The position numbers and the translations under genes are program-made. From NCBI GenBank assembly GCA_044356455.1, contig JBIKWF010000022.1, positions 1-47,356 of the forward strand: a DNA stretch of 47,356 bases. The letters run 5' to 3'. Of this stretch, positions 9,986 through 19,542 are shown in pieces (position 1 is the first letter of the stretch; every line of letters starts with the position of its first letter). This DNA comes from Bdellovibrionota bacterium. Lineage in GTDB: Bacteria; Bdellovibrionota_C; UBA2361; JBGSMV01. The notes below the pieces were generated by a model. It did no database searches. It saw only the letters and a list, made by a program, of their open reading frames with translations, and had not been told where the DNA came from.

Positions 9986-10658
9986 CTCATTTTTGCGGTG
10001 CCTTCGGGTACTCACGTGGCGGGCTTCGCGAGAAGATTTTGCAGCATTCAGCAGCAACGATTTAAAAGTTGGACTCCTGCTCACCTGGCTCGTGGGCATG
10101 GGCCGCTGGTGGGACGATCCACGGGCGGGAATTCTGCAGCACCTTGGTGTCGGGTCGGTAGTCTATGTGTTCGTTCTTAGCGCCATACTCTGGGCTGTGG
10201 TACTGCCTCTCAAACCTGCGCGCTGGTCTTATCTGCATGTCCTTACGTTCGTATCCTTCACCGCGCCTCCTGCAATTCTATATGCCATTCCCGTGGAGAG
10301 ATTTTTTGACTTAGACACCGCGGGCATGATGAATGTTGCCTTTCTCGCCACGGTGGCTTTATGGAGGGTGGCGCTACTTCTCAGATACCTGCTTCGCCAT
10401 GCTCGGCTTCCTATATTTGAAGCATTAGTTGCTTCTCTCATTCCGCTCATGGGCGTTGTGGTGAGCCTCGTGGCGCTCAATCTGGAACATGTCGTGTTCG
10501 ATATCATGGGGGGAATACGCGAAGGCAGTGAAAGCGCCAATGATGCCTCTTACTCGATTCTCTTTGTTCTCTCGATGCTGTCGTTTTTTGGGTTCATACC
10601 GGTGCTCCTCGGCTATGGGCTGTGCATATGGAAAGCCCGGGGAGCGAAGCGCGAGTAA
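9969..10658 (+). CDS. Hypothetical integral membrane protein overlapping the radical SAM gene
   Basis: About 6 TM segments; GRWWDDPRA; ATG 9969 overlaps the upstream stop (9985). Confidence 0.8.
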   Translation: MLQLHSSFLRCLRVLTWRASREDFAAFSSNDLKVGLLLTWLVGMGRWWDDPRAGILQHLGVGSVVYVFVLSAILWAVVLPLKPARWSYLHVLTFVSFTAPPAILYAIPVERFFDLDTAGMMNVAFLATVALWRVALLLRYLLRHARLPIFEALVASLIPLMGVVVSLVALNLEHVVFDIMGGIREGSESANDASYSILFVLSMLSFFGFIPVLLGYGLCIWKARGAKRE

Positions 10659-10673
10659 GAGCGTTGGTATTTA

Positions 10674-10855
10674 GGGAAGCTCTGAGGAAATCGTCCTGCG
10701 TGCTCTTCGCGTCCCCGTCTCCGCCAAAGCTGCGCCGAAGTCAGGCTCGCTGCAGCCTGGGGGCGTAGGCGGCTTCGCGTTAAACCCAAGCATTGCGGGT
10801 GAGCGATATTTTGCAAACAACGCGAAGGGGAAGAGGAGGTTTTTCAGAGGTTCTT
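10674..10855. mobile_element. MITE-like element (family B, degenerate)
   Basis: TA-gggaagctctgaggaa ... tttttcagaggttctt-TA; ends resemble those of 7271-7413. Confidence 0.5.
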
Positions 10856-11230
10856 TAGTTGATTGTTCGAGGAAACTCGGTAGACGAGTAAAGAAGGGAT
10901 GAACGCGGTGACTGCTCCACTACCTAACACCCCGCTCAAGCAGGAGCCCTTTCCATCAAAGCACTGTGTCATCAAGAGATCCTTCAGCCCAAATCATCGA
11001 CCACGGCAAACTCACGGTCCGCTCCCCAGATCTAAAAGCTCACGTAACCCATTAGACTTGCTGTGATTATGAGACGTCCTACCTAATCGCCCCCGTGCAA
11101 GGGGCCCTCGCAGATGCGCGGTACTTACGGTCTTAAGTGGGCATCCTGTGAGCAATAAAGCTTAGATCCTTGGCGAGCCGCGACTCGCCACTTTCCCGAA
11201 TTTCTTATAGAATCTCGGTCCTTACGCCCT

Positions 11231-14200
11231 GTGCTCAAGGAACGATACGACCGAATGAAAAAAGCCCTCGCCCTACCTGTCATCGGCCTCTTGGTCGGAC
11301 TCTCGCTTGCGTGGGGTGTCATTGAGGGTAAACGCTGGCTCCTGGGGCAACTCATGGGGGCTCTTCAAGACGAGCTTACCAAGTCCTGCCCTTGCACGCT
11401 TGCCTATGATTCAACGGAACTCTCCCTACTCACTCTCAGCGCAGTCGGGAAAAACATACGAATAATCGAGAATCATCAAACTCGCCTACGTTTTGAAACA
11501 ATCGTCGCTCGCTTTAGCCTTTCGGATATCACGAGCAAGATTGTCCGCATCACCGATCTTTCGCTCACCAAGGGATACTCGGTAGGAATCGATGACGAGA
11601 GTACGACCTACAAATTTATAGATCAGCTTTCAGCCCCTCCTCCTCCCGAACGCCGCAATCTCGATCGCTGGAGAGTTAAACTAGAGGGTCTGCGCGTTTC
11701 AGAGGGACGCTTCTCAGAGCGAATTGGTTCATTTCGAGTTCATGGACGGGGCGTGTCTCTCTCGATGTCACGTAATGCCCGTGATAATTTCGAGATTTCT
11801 CCCCAAATAAAAGATCTACAGCTGATCTTGCCTCGTGATGGCAAGGTAGCATCGCTCGGGAGCGTTGATGGCCTTGTAGAGATAACCGAACCCGCCGTCA
11901 ATTTGAAAAAGATCCGGCTTACCCGGCACGATGCGAGACTTGAAATCGCAGGGGCCGTGCTGCAAAAACCAAGAGCCCCCCTCGAGGGGGAAATGCATTA
12001 CACGCTCAATGACGGTTCCGTGGGGCTTAAAGATTACGTATCCCTTGCACTCTACGGCACGGCAAGGCTCGGCGGTCGCCTCGGCGCGCCTGAACTCTCC
12101 GGTTCCTTAAGCATCCCATCAGCTCAGCCTTTTTCGTTTCGAGCGCCCGATCCTTTCAACCAAGAATTCGTCGAGCTCAAGGGAAACCTTGGACTGACCT
12201 GGAATGAAAAGGAACCACAATTCTCTCTCAAGGGCGTTGAAGCTTCAGGTCCAGGAATCCGAGGATATTTTGAAAGGCCGGTCACGTTCGACTCTGAGGG
12301 CATAAAAGGCGGTGTGGTATTCAAAGTTGACCGATTCGCCTTTAACAATGCTTCCTTTGAGAACGCCAGTATTGCAGTCGATATTATTCATAATTGGATT
12401 GAGCCTGCCTTCGAAATTAAAGCCACGGCCGAGGACCTCCTCGTGCTCGGGAAGAGCTTAGGAAAGGTAACAAGTCGTGGGGTATATAACGGCTCCACTA
12501 TTACTTTTGATGCCGTCTCTGCGCCGTTACCAAGTAGTCTTCCTTTTCTCTTTACCGCAAAAGGCGCCTTTGATGTCCAAAACGATTTTGCCCTTCTCCC
12601 TACGCACCTCACCGCCCTGCCCGCCACCAAGGGCGCTGCCTGGGGCGCCACCGCGCATGCTACGGTTGCGGGGCCTCTTGACCTCTCGCGCCTTGAGGGA
12701 AGCGGTGAGTTCGCAGTCCTTGCCGGCCCCACGACAGTTCCCGGATCTCTCGAGCTCTCTGAGGGGCGACTGCGCGCCAGTGGAACATCCCCCAAGGGCA
12801 ATCTAAAACTCCAAGCGCTCTTTCCCCTTGGCGCAGACGTGGAAGGATCGCTCAACGTAAGTGCGTCGGACCTCGCCCTTCTGCCAAATGCAACGCTAAG
12901 CAGCTCGCTACCTTCATGCTCCGCGGCAAGTGGTCAGCTCGCCTATCGGTTCCCCGCGGACTCACTTTTTCTTGGCTCGGGCACTCTCTCTGTTTCAAAG
13001 TTAGTCTTGGGCTGCGCACCTGTGTCTCTCTCATTAAAGGATTCACGAGATTTTCAGATCGTAGAAGGTTCTCTTGGTATTTCCCGCGCTAGCTTTACGA
13101 ACGAAGCCTCATCTGTTCTTGCCGATGGCACCGTAAGTATTGCCTCAGGCTTTAACCTCGACTTAAAGGGAGGGCTTGAAATCCAAGCCTTGGCTCCGCT
13201 CATTGGTCCTGTTGATGATGTCCAGGGCACGGTGGCTCTCAACGCGAGCGTCGGGGGCCCCTTCCTCCACCCCAACCTGCGCGGCACCGTAAGTGTTGAA
13301 AATACGGCGCTTGAACTTGAAGCCTCGGGACTTAGCGTCAGAAATCTCGAGGGTACCCTGACCATTGCGGATGAGGGCCTAGAGTTCGCCGGAGTGAGCG
13401 GGAGGCTTAATGATGGGCGATTCACTCTCAGTGGGCGAATCGAACCTCTCGCGTTCGAGCGCTCGGTCGCTACTATGACCTTTCAAGAGGTTTTTCTTGA
13501 GCCACTGCCCGATATGACGGCCCTACTCTCAGGCACCCTTGGTATTGGACCTGACAGAGATGGCTTATCCGCCATTAGTGGGGTGATAAAAGTCGACTCC
13601 GCCGAGTTCAAGCGCACGGTTACTCTTGGTGAAATCCTCAAGTCGACAGCCCGGACACTTTTTTCACGAAACCGCGGAATAGGAGGAGCTGCGCTACCGA
13701 ACATGGCCGAGCTCCCTCCGCTACCGATTGATATTAAAGTCACGGCTCCAGGAAATATTCTCGTAGAAACAACCTGGGGAGCGGGAGAGCTCAAGGGGGA
13801 CCTCACCGTTCGCGGCACGTTGCGCGATCCACAGCCCGAGGGGCAAATCGGGGTAATCTCCGGCTGGGTCGGTCTCCGAGACCGGCGCTTTGAGATTACC
13901 AATGGCAGCATCACCCTCACCCCGCCCTCTTTGGACCCAGCGCTCGACGTACTCGCCGAGACAACCATCCGCTCTAGGCAAGGAGATCTGGTTCTTGTTC
14001 TCCTAGAAGTAAAGGGAAATTCATCTGCCCCCCGTCTCAAGCTTAGCTCTGACCGCGGCCTCACCGAGAGAGAGATCTTAACGCTCTTCACTGCACCTGG
14101 GGACTCCACCATCTCTTCGAGGGTCAGCACCATGTCGGGAGGCATAGAAGTCGATGCCTTTGAGTTTATTGAGGATAGGTCCTTTCTTGGTCTCGGCAGA

Positions 14201-16948
14201 CTAGTTCGCGACCTTGCTCGAATAGATAGCCTTTCGCTCGAACCAACCTTCAATACCCAACGTGGCGTGGTAGAGCCGACTCTTACCGCCACGAAGCGCT
14301 TGTTCGATCACCTTTCAGTGGTCGGGGAAACACCACTCAGTGGAGGGCAAAGCAATTCGCGGCTCCGCCTGATTTATGACTTCACCCCAGCCGTAGAGGT
14401 ATCTGGAATTATCGACACCTTGAGCCGGGACAAGAACACCTCCGTCGGCTTCGACATCGGCTACACTCTTCTCGGCGAACGCCGGCGTTTCCTCGATATT
14501 CGAATTTCTGGGAATCGCATGTTTCGCGCTGCGGATATTGAAACTGCCATTCGCCTCAATCAGGACTCGCGCATTACGGAGAACGACCTTGCGCGGCTCG
14601 AAGCGAAAGTCCAAGGATTCTATAGAGAGCAGGGGTATTTTCACACCTCGGTGCACGCGACGTGCGAAAAAGTACCGGGATTCTCCGATTCATTTTGCCA
14701 TCAACTTCGCCTTACGCTTGAAGAAGAGCGTCCTTCGTATATTACCTCGGTAGTTTTTAAAGGCGATGCTCTTCCACAAGCGGTGCTCTCCCAGAATCTC
14801 GAACGCCGCTCCCTTAAGAACGTAGCCTCAGAAGCAATCCGTAAGGACTTTGAACTTGCCCTCATGCGTAGACTACGAGCAGAAGGCTATATTTCAGCGC
14901 GGGTTGAAGCTTCCTTGCGGGCCCTCACCGATACAAGTTCAAAGTATGAACAGGAACTTGTCGCCGAAATTACGGTGGGGAATCCGGTAACATTCGTCTT
15001 CAGCGGGAATACAATTTTCTCTCCTGCAGATTTTCTCGAAACCATTAATCTCTTTGGAAGAAAACAGCCCTTTGGCAACAATACTATCTCCATACTGCTT
15101 AGAAACATTGTACGCCGCTACAACGAGCGCGGATATCTCCTTGCCACTACCTCGTTCACCAGAGCTCGCGATGACCAAACAGGTCGTGTCACCTTTCACA
15201 TTGAAATCAGCGAGGGGAAATTATTTCGTGTCGATCGCGTCGAGCTGAAGGGTCTCCGCTCCATTGAGGAGTCTGAATTGCGGCAGATTCTTGAGCGCTC
15301 CGATGCGAAAGCAGCGAAACTTATATTCTCCCCGGACTTCGCAGTGGAAGATCAATTGCAGGTGAATACCGCCACCCTTACAAGAGCATTGGTTGAGATG
15401 GGATTTCCAAACGCTCAAGTTTCGGTTGAGACGTCGCCGGACTCGAATACATCTACCGTTGCAATTATCTATTCTGTAGAGGAGGGCGCACGTGAACTTG
15501 CACATGCAATCAGAATACAGGGATCTCCTGCCGAAGTACTTCTCCCTCCTCTCCCCCCTTTTCCCGCCGCAATTCCAGAGGTTAACAAGTATACCCAAGA
15601 GCTCTCCCGGGCACTTTCTGAATCGGGGTATCAATCAGCGTCCATCGAGGCATCTCTACCGGATGAAGAGGGCGCGATTCAGCTTACGGTAGTCCCCGGA
15701 ACCCAGCAAACCATCAGCACCATCAACATTGAAGGCAACTCAGCAATTGAAGCTGCCACTATCTACGCTGAACTTCTGCTCTCTCCGGGTAGCCCGTTAC
15801 GAGAAGATTTGATTCAAGAGAGCAAACGCAGATTGCTGCGTCTTGGGGTATTTAATCGAGTGGATGTTTCCCTTGAGCCTGATGAGGCAACGGCTCACTC
15901 TTCTCGTCTTTCCATTCGAGTTCAAGAACGTTCGCTCCGCACACTCTCACTAGGCGGAGGAGCCAACTCAGAGCTCGGACTACATCTTTTTGGTGAAGCT
16001 ACCGATCGCTCACTTTTTCGGGATGGAAGGAGCTTTACCGCACGCCTCGACACCTACTACGATAGAGTCGCAACTTCGATTAGTCAGGGCATTGCAAGTC
16101 TCACGTACGCGGATCCTTCCCTCTCAGGAAGCGATTTCGGCTTTGTTTCAGATCTCAGATTTCAGCGCCTTGACCTATCCACCCAAGAATTCAACCTCGA
16201 TAGAGTAGCGCTCGCCAATTATGTCCATAGGTCCTGGGAATCGGGCAGCACCATTTCGCTCGGTCACACCCTCCTCTCGGAGAACCTTGACAATGTGTCA
16301 CCTGGCGCAATCGTCGGACCGTTTGATACGGGTACCGTGCGGCTAAGTTTTCTCTCCTCAGTTCTTACTCTCGATCGCCGAGATGACCCTCTCAACCCCA
16401 CGCGCGGCTACACTGCCTCTCTGGATTCGCTACTTGCGACGGAGTCTCTCGGTTCCGAAGCCAATTACGGCGGCTCGACAGCTCGCTTCTCGTTTCTCGC
16501 CCCGCTTGAGCCACTGTCCCCTCGTTGGTCGTTCGCTGCAAATGCCCGTACGGGCGCGCTTTGGACTTTTGGGGGCACAGACGTAGTACCTATAAGCCAG
16601 CGCTTTTATTTGGGTGGTAGAAATTCGGTACGAGGATTCCGCGAGAACACCCTAGGCCCACGCGGATCTGATGGCGCGGTGCAGGGAGGTGATTTCTTCG
16701 TCTCACAGAGTCTTGAGCTACGCTACCTGCTGAGCGAAAGCACTTCCTTGATTGGTTTTCTTGATATGGGCGGACTCTACTTCCTTGATGAGAGCATCCG
16801 CGCTGATGATTTGCGAGAAAGCACCGGAATGGGATTTCGCTACCTTTCACCAATCGGACCTGTCGGTTTTGACCTTGGCGTTCCTCTTGATGAGCGCTCG
16901 GGTGAACCGTCGTTTCGCATCCACTTCAACATTGGGACCAATTTCTAG
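11231..16948 (+). CDS. TamB-like (DUF490) domain fused to about six POTRA domains and an Omp85/BamA-TamA family beta-barrel
   Basis: N-terminal TM anchor; long Gly-rich beta-strand repeats; TamB-like C-terminus (GNSSAPRLKLSSD...EILTL); POTRA repeats (IRISGN, FVFSGN, INIEGN..RLGVF); RDDPLNPTRG; RFYLGG..VRGF; terminal beta-signal FNIGTNF. Alternative start ATG 11255. Confidence 0.88.
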   Translation: MLKERYDRMKKALALPVIGLLVGLSLAWGVIEGKRWLLGQLMGALQDELTKSCPCTLAYDSTELSLLTLSAVGKNIRIIENHQTRLRFETIVARFSLSDITSKIVRITDLSLTKGYSVGIDDESTTYKFIDQLSAPPPPERRNLDRWRVKLEGLRVSEGRFSERIGSFRVHGRGVSLSMSRNARDNFEISPQIKDLQLILPRDGKVASLGSVDGLVEITEPAVNLKKIRLTRHDARLEIAGAVLQKPRAPLEGEMHYTLNDGSVGLKDYVSLALYGTARLGGRLGAPELSGSLSIPSAQPFSFRAPDPFNQEFVELKGNLGLTWNEKEPQFSLKGVEASGPGIRGYFERPVTFDSEGIKGGVVFKVDRFAFNNASFENASIAVDIIHNWIEPAFEIKATAEDLLVLGKSLGKVTSRGVYNGSTITFDAVSAPLPSSLPFLFTAKGAFDVQNDFALLPTHLTALPATKGAAWGATAHATVAGPLDLSRLEGSGEFAVLAGPTTVPGSLELSEGRLRASGTSPKGNLKLQALFPLGADVEGSLNVSASDLALLPNATLSSSLPSCSAASGQLAYRFPADSLFLGSGTLSVSKLVLGCAPVSLSLKDSRDFQIVEGSLGISRASFTNEASSVLADGTVSIASGFNLDLKGGLEIQALAPLIGPVDDVQGTVALNASVGGPFLHPNLRGTVSVENTALELEASGLSVRNLEGTLTIADEGLEFAGVSGRLNDGRFTLSGRIEPLAFERSVATMTFQEVFLEPLPDMTALLSGTLGIGPDRDGLSAISGVIKVDSAEFKRTVTLGEILKSTARTLFSRNRGIGGAALPNMAELPPLPIDIKVTAPGNILVETTWGAGELKGDLTVRGTLRDPQPEGQIGVISGWVGLRDRRFEITNGSITLTPPSLDPALDVLAETTIRSRQGDLVLVLLEVKGNSSAPRLKLSSDRGLTEREILTLFTAPGDSTISSRVSTMSGGIEVDAFEFIEDRSFLGLGRLVRDLARIDSLSLEPTFNTQRGVVEPTLTATKRLFDHLSVVGETPLSGGQSNSRLRLIYDFTPAVEVSGIIDTLSRDKNTSVGFDIGYTLLGERRRFLDIRISGNRMFRAADIETAIRLNQDSRITENDLARLEAKVQGFYREQGYFHTSVHATCEKVPGFSDSFCHQLRLTLEEERPSYITSVVFKGDALPQAVLSQNLERRSLKNVASEAIRKDFELALMRRLRAEGYISARVEASLRALTDTSSKYEQELVAEITVGNPVTFVFSGNTIFSPADFLETINLFGRKQPFGNNTISILLRNIVRRYNERGYLLATTSFTRARDDQTGRVTFHIEISEGKLFRVDRVELKGLRSIEESELRQILERSDAKAAKLIFSPDFAVEDQLQVNTATLTRALVEMGFPNAQVSVETSPDSNTSTVAIIYSVEEGARELAHAIRIQGSPAEVLLPPLPPFPAAIPEVNKYTQELSRALSESGYQSASIEASLPDEEGAIQLTVVPGTQQTISTINIEGNSAIEAATIYAELLLSPGSPLREDLIQESKRRLLRLGVFNRVDVSLEPDEATAHSSRLSIRVQERSLRTLSLGGGANSELGLHLFGEATDRSLFRDGRSFTARLDTYYDRVATSISQGIASLTYADPSLSGSDFGFVSDLRFQRLDLSTQEFNLDRVALANYVHRSWESGSTISLGHTLLSENLDNVSPGAIVGPFDTGTVRLSFLSSVLTLDRRDDPLNPTRGYTASLDSLLATESLGSEANYGGSTARFSFLAPLEPLSPRWSFAANARTGALWTFGGTDVVPISQRFYLGGRNSVRGFRENTLGPRGSDGAVQGGDFFVSQSLELRYLLSESTSLIGFLDMGGLYFLDESIRADDLRESTGMGFRYLSPIGPVGFDLGVPLDERSGEPSFRIHFNIGTNF

Positions 16949-17119
16949 CCCCCCTAAGCTATTGTAATTTAAGCAGATCTGAGATTCTTGCGACCTATTT
17001 TCAACTACTTGGCATCAAAACCCAAGTATAGCGGTTTTACTTGGCAGGTCCGGTGTGGGCACTGCCAGCGCAAGAGAGGATTCTAGCGCAATGGTGCGTT
17101 TCCCATGGAGGGATTGGTT

Positions 17120-18202
17120 ATGATGGCGGTGGTCGTTGCAGGTTCAATTAGCGGGTCGTCCAAGGACGAACAAATTCTTGGGTCAACCATTCGCCTCCTT
17201 AAGGAGCATGGCGTTACCCACGTCGCAGTCGCCTCTCGTTTTGCAACCGTCCCACAGCCAGGCGTTGGGCTAATCACCTATTCCGAACGCTTCTCTCTTG
17301 GGACTGCAATTTCAGAATATGCACGCTCATTCGAGAACAATCGAGTAATCCTTGTTCCTTACCAAGGGTCTGAGATCAGAGATTTTGGAAGGGCACTCGA
17401 AGTGCTTACCTCGATCGACACGAACGCAACTATTGCCTATGCACCGGTAAATCAAGGGAGCCTTCCCGTAGAATTTCCAGGAATGAGTGCGGCAGGCATG
17501 CTCTCAGAAAAGCTGCTGCAAGAACTTCAACCAGGCATGACAGTTCCGGCCGCTGCAATGTCAGTGGATATCGGGCTGCTCCTCGAAACGCAGACAACTT
17601 CTCAAACGTTACCTGGTTTGGCTCTTGAGCTATTCTTGGAAGCGCAGCAACGCGGGGATTCTCTGAGCGAGAGTGCTCCAGCGGTCACCGTTTCTGGATC
17701 GCCCGAAGCACTGCTGCCTCCAAACACTGACATTGCTGCCTCGGTTCGGAAGGCCATTGAGTCAATTGCAATCGAAGATCTCTTCCCTTCCCTTCCCTGG
17801 TCTAGCAGCGAGCGAGAGAGCGGAACGTCCGCATATCACTCGCTCGCCGCCAAATTTATTCGCTTGGGAGATCTTTCCAGTGCCGAGACCTGTCTCGACC
17901 GAGCAGAGGAACTTCACTCAAGTCCAAGAACTCTGGCACTGCGAGCGGTAGTTGCCATGGAACGCGGCGAGACCTTCGGGGCAATTGCAAAACTTATTGC
18001 CAGCCTCCAAGAGTACGAGCAAGGAAGCAAAACTCCCTACACTCGCATCTCTGAAAATGTTGAGCACGTCAACAGCGAGCTCAAACAAGGGCTTGAGGCG
18101 CTTAATGCGCAGGACAATACCGGCGCCCTCACACACTTCGTCCGCGCAATACGCGAGTTTGATGGGTTCTACAAAGAAACTGGCCTTCTTCAGCGTATTT
18201 AG
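17120..18202 (+). CDS. Hypothetical protein with alpha/beta N-terminus and TPR-like C-terminus
   Basis: GGAGG precedes ATG 17120; TPR-like helices AYHSLAAKFIRLGDLSSAETCLDRA and ALRAVVAMERGETFGAIA. Confidence 0.72.
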   Translation: MMAVVVAGSISGSSKDEQILGSTIRLLKEHGVTHVAVASRFATVPQPGVGLITYSERFSLGTAISEYARSFENNRVILVPYQGSEIRDFGRALEVLTSIDTNATIAYAPVNQGSLPVEFPGMSAAGMLSEKLLQELQPGMTVPAAAMSVDIGLLLETQTTSQTLPGLALELFLEAQQRGDSLSESAPAVTVSGSPEALLPPNTDIAASVRKAIESIAIEDLFPSLPWSSSERESGTSAYHSLAAKFIRLGDLSSAETCLDRAEELHSSPRTLALRAVVAMERGETFGAIAKLIASLQEYEQGSKTPYTRISENVEHVNSELKQGLEALNAQDNTGALTHFVRAIREFDGFYKETGLLQRI

Positions 18203-18241
18203 CCTGTACTGCGCATCGCATGCGAGCACAGCCCCTTGCAC

Positions 18242-19396
18242 TCAGTTTGCCGAATGACTCGGCACCGCAGTCGCACGCACGCTTTCTTCCTTTCCTGCAG
18301 GCAACTTTGGTGCCCGATCCTTGGGCGTCTCTCCAGAGAGAGCCTTCAAAAAGAGTATAATATCTGATTCGTCCTCAAGCGTAAGCTCGAAGGGTGTAAC
18401 CTGCGTAGCCTTCGTGGAGCGATCCACATCTCCACCACGCTGATAGAAGGCGAGCACCTCTGCCAAAGAGGCAAGTGAGCCATCGTGCATGTAGGGTGGC
18501 CTCTCGGCAATATTGCTAAGTCCAACACTTTTATAAAGTGGCGGCCTATCCCGAGAAATGTTCTCCAAACCAATATCGTACCGCCGGCTATCTGAGAATC
18601 GCCAAAGGTTATGACACTCGGCGCACGGTGCCTTAGTATGGAACTTCAGGAAGCCTCGTTTCGCCTCAGGACTTATTGCCTTCTCATCTCCTTGCACCCA
18701 TCTATCAAAAGGCGCCTCGGGCGAAACAATAGAAGAGACATAATATTCAATAGAAACGGCAATTGACTCAGGCGTCACAGGATTCTTCTGCTTGGGAAAA
18801 GCCTTTGCAAATTTCTGTTTATATTCAGGAATAGACGCAAGCAAAGGGGCTGACGCAAGCATAGCGGCAGCCATTCCTTTTGGCGCGGTCATCGCCATTA
18901 CTGATTGAGACATGAGGGAGCCCGCGCGGCAATGCCAGGTGTAGCAAGAATCCCAAGCCAAATTATAGAGCGCCATAGATCTTCTGCTATTGCCTTCGGA
19001 GCTTTGCGCGAGACCGTCAACCCAATACTTCTCTGGATTGTGACAGGTGGCGCAGGAAATCGTCCTTGAACTTGAAAGTCGTGGATCAAAGAAGAGCAAT
19101 TCCCCCAATTCCCGAGCGGCTGCTTGGTCTACGCCTTCTTGAAACCGATAGGGAATCGAGGATGGACGCTGATAAAACCGCTTCAAATCTTCTGGACGAG
19201 AAAGGGAACCTGACCGCAGTGCCGCGAGCAATTCTGCTCTTAACTTTTCCTCATCACTTGACCGACTTTGAGCCTCGATTGAACTAGTGCAGCAAGCAAT
19301 AAGAAGGCCCAAAAAACAGAGGGTCAGCAGTCTTTTCCATGGCAGCCGCGGTGCGCACATAAAAGCCTCGAATTGAAAAAAGCCCCTAGCGGACAT
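18242..19396 (-). CDS. Di-heme cytochrome c peroxidase/MauG superfamily protein (divergent)
   Basis: LGELLFFDPRLS, CATCH, CAECH, PYMHDG, FLKALSG; N-terminal signal peptide. Confidence 0.88.
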   Translation of the reverse strand: MSARGFFQFEAFMCAPRLPWKRLLTLCFLGLLIACCTSSIEAQSRSSDEEKLRAELLAALRSGSLSRPEDLKRFYQRPSSIPYRFQEGVDQAAARELGELLFFDPRLSSSRTISCATCHNPEKYWVDGLAQSSEGNSRRSMALYNLAWDSCYTWHCRAGSLMSQSVMAMTAPKGMAAAMLASAPLLASIPEYKQKFAKAFPKQKNPVTPESIAVSIEYYVSSIVSPEAPFDRWVQGDEKAISPEAKRGFLKFHTKAPCAECHNLWRFSDSRRYDIGLENISRDRPPLYKSVGLSNIAERPPYMHDGSLASLAEVLAFYQRGGDVDRSTKATQVTPFELTLEDESDIILFLKALSGETPKDRAPKLPAGKEESVRATAVPSHSAN

Positions 19397-19542
19397 CTGC
19401 GACCCTCTTCATGATCCACCCTAGTAAACTTGTCGTTGGCTCTCACGGAATTCTTTACGGAACCAAGTGGTATCACTTCTAAGGTCCGTACCTGGATATT
19501 CGCGTCGCCTCATGTGCGTTCTGCTAATTACCACGCACGTGC

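Noticed and set aside
13483..14292. 269-aa minus-strand ORF
   Set aside because: It lies fully antisense within the TamB-like domain and has no protein features.
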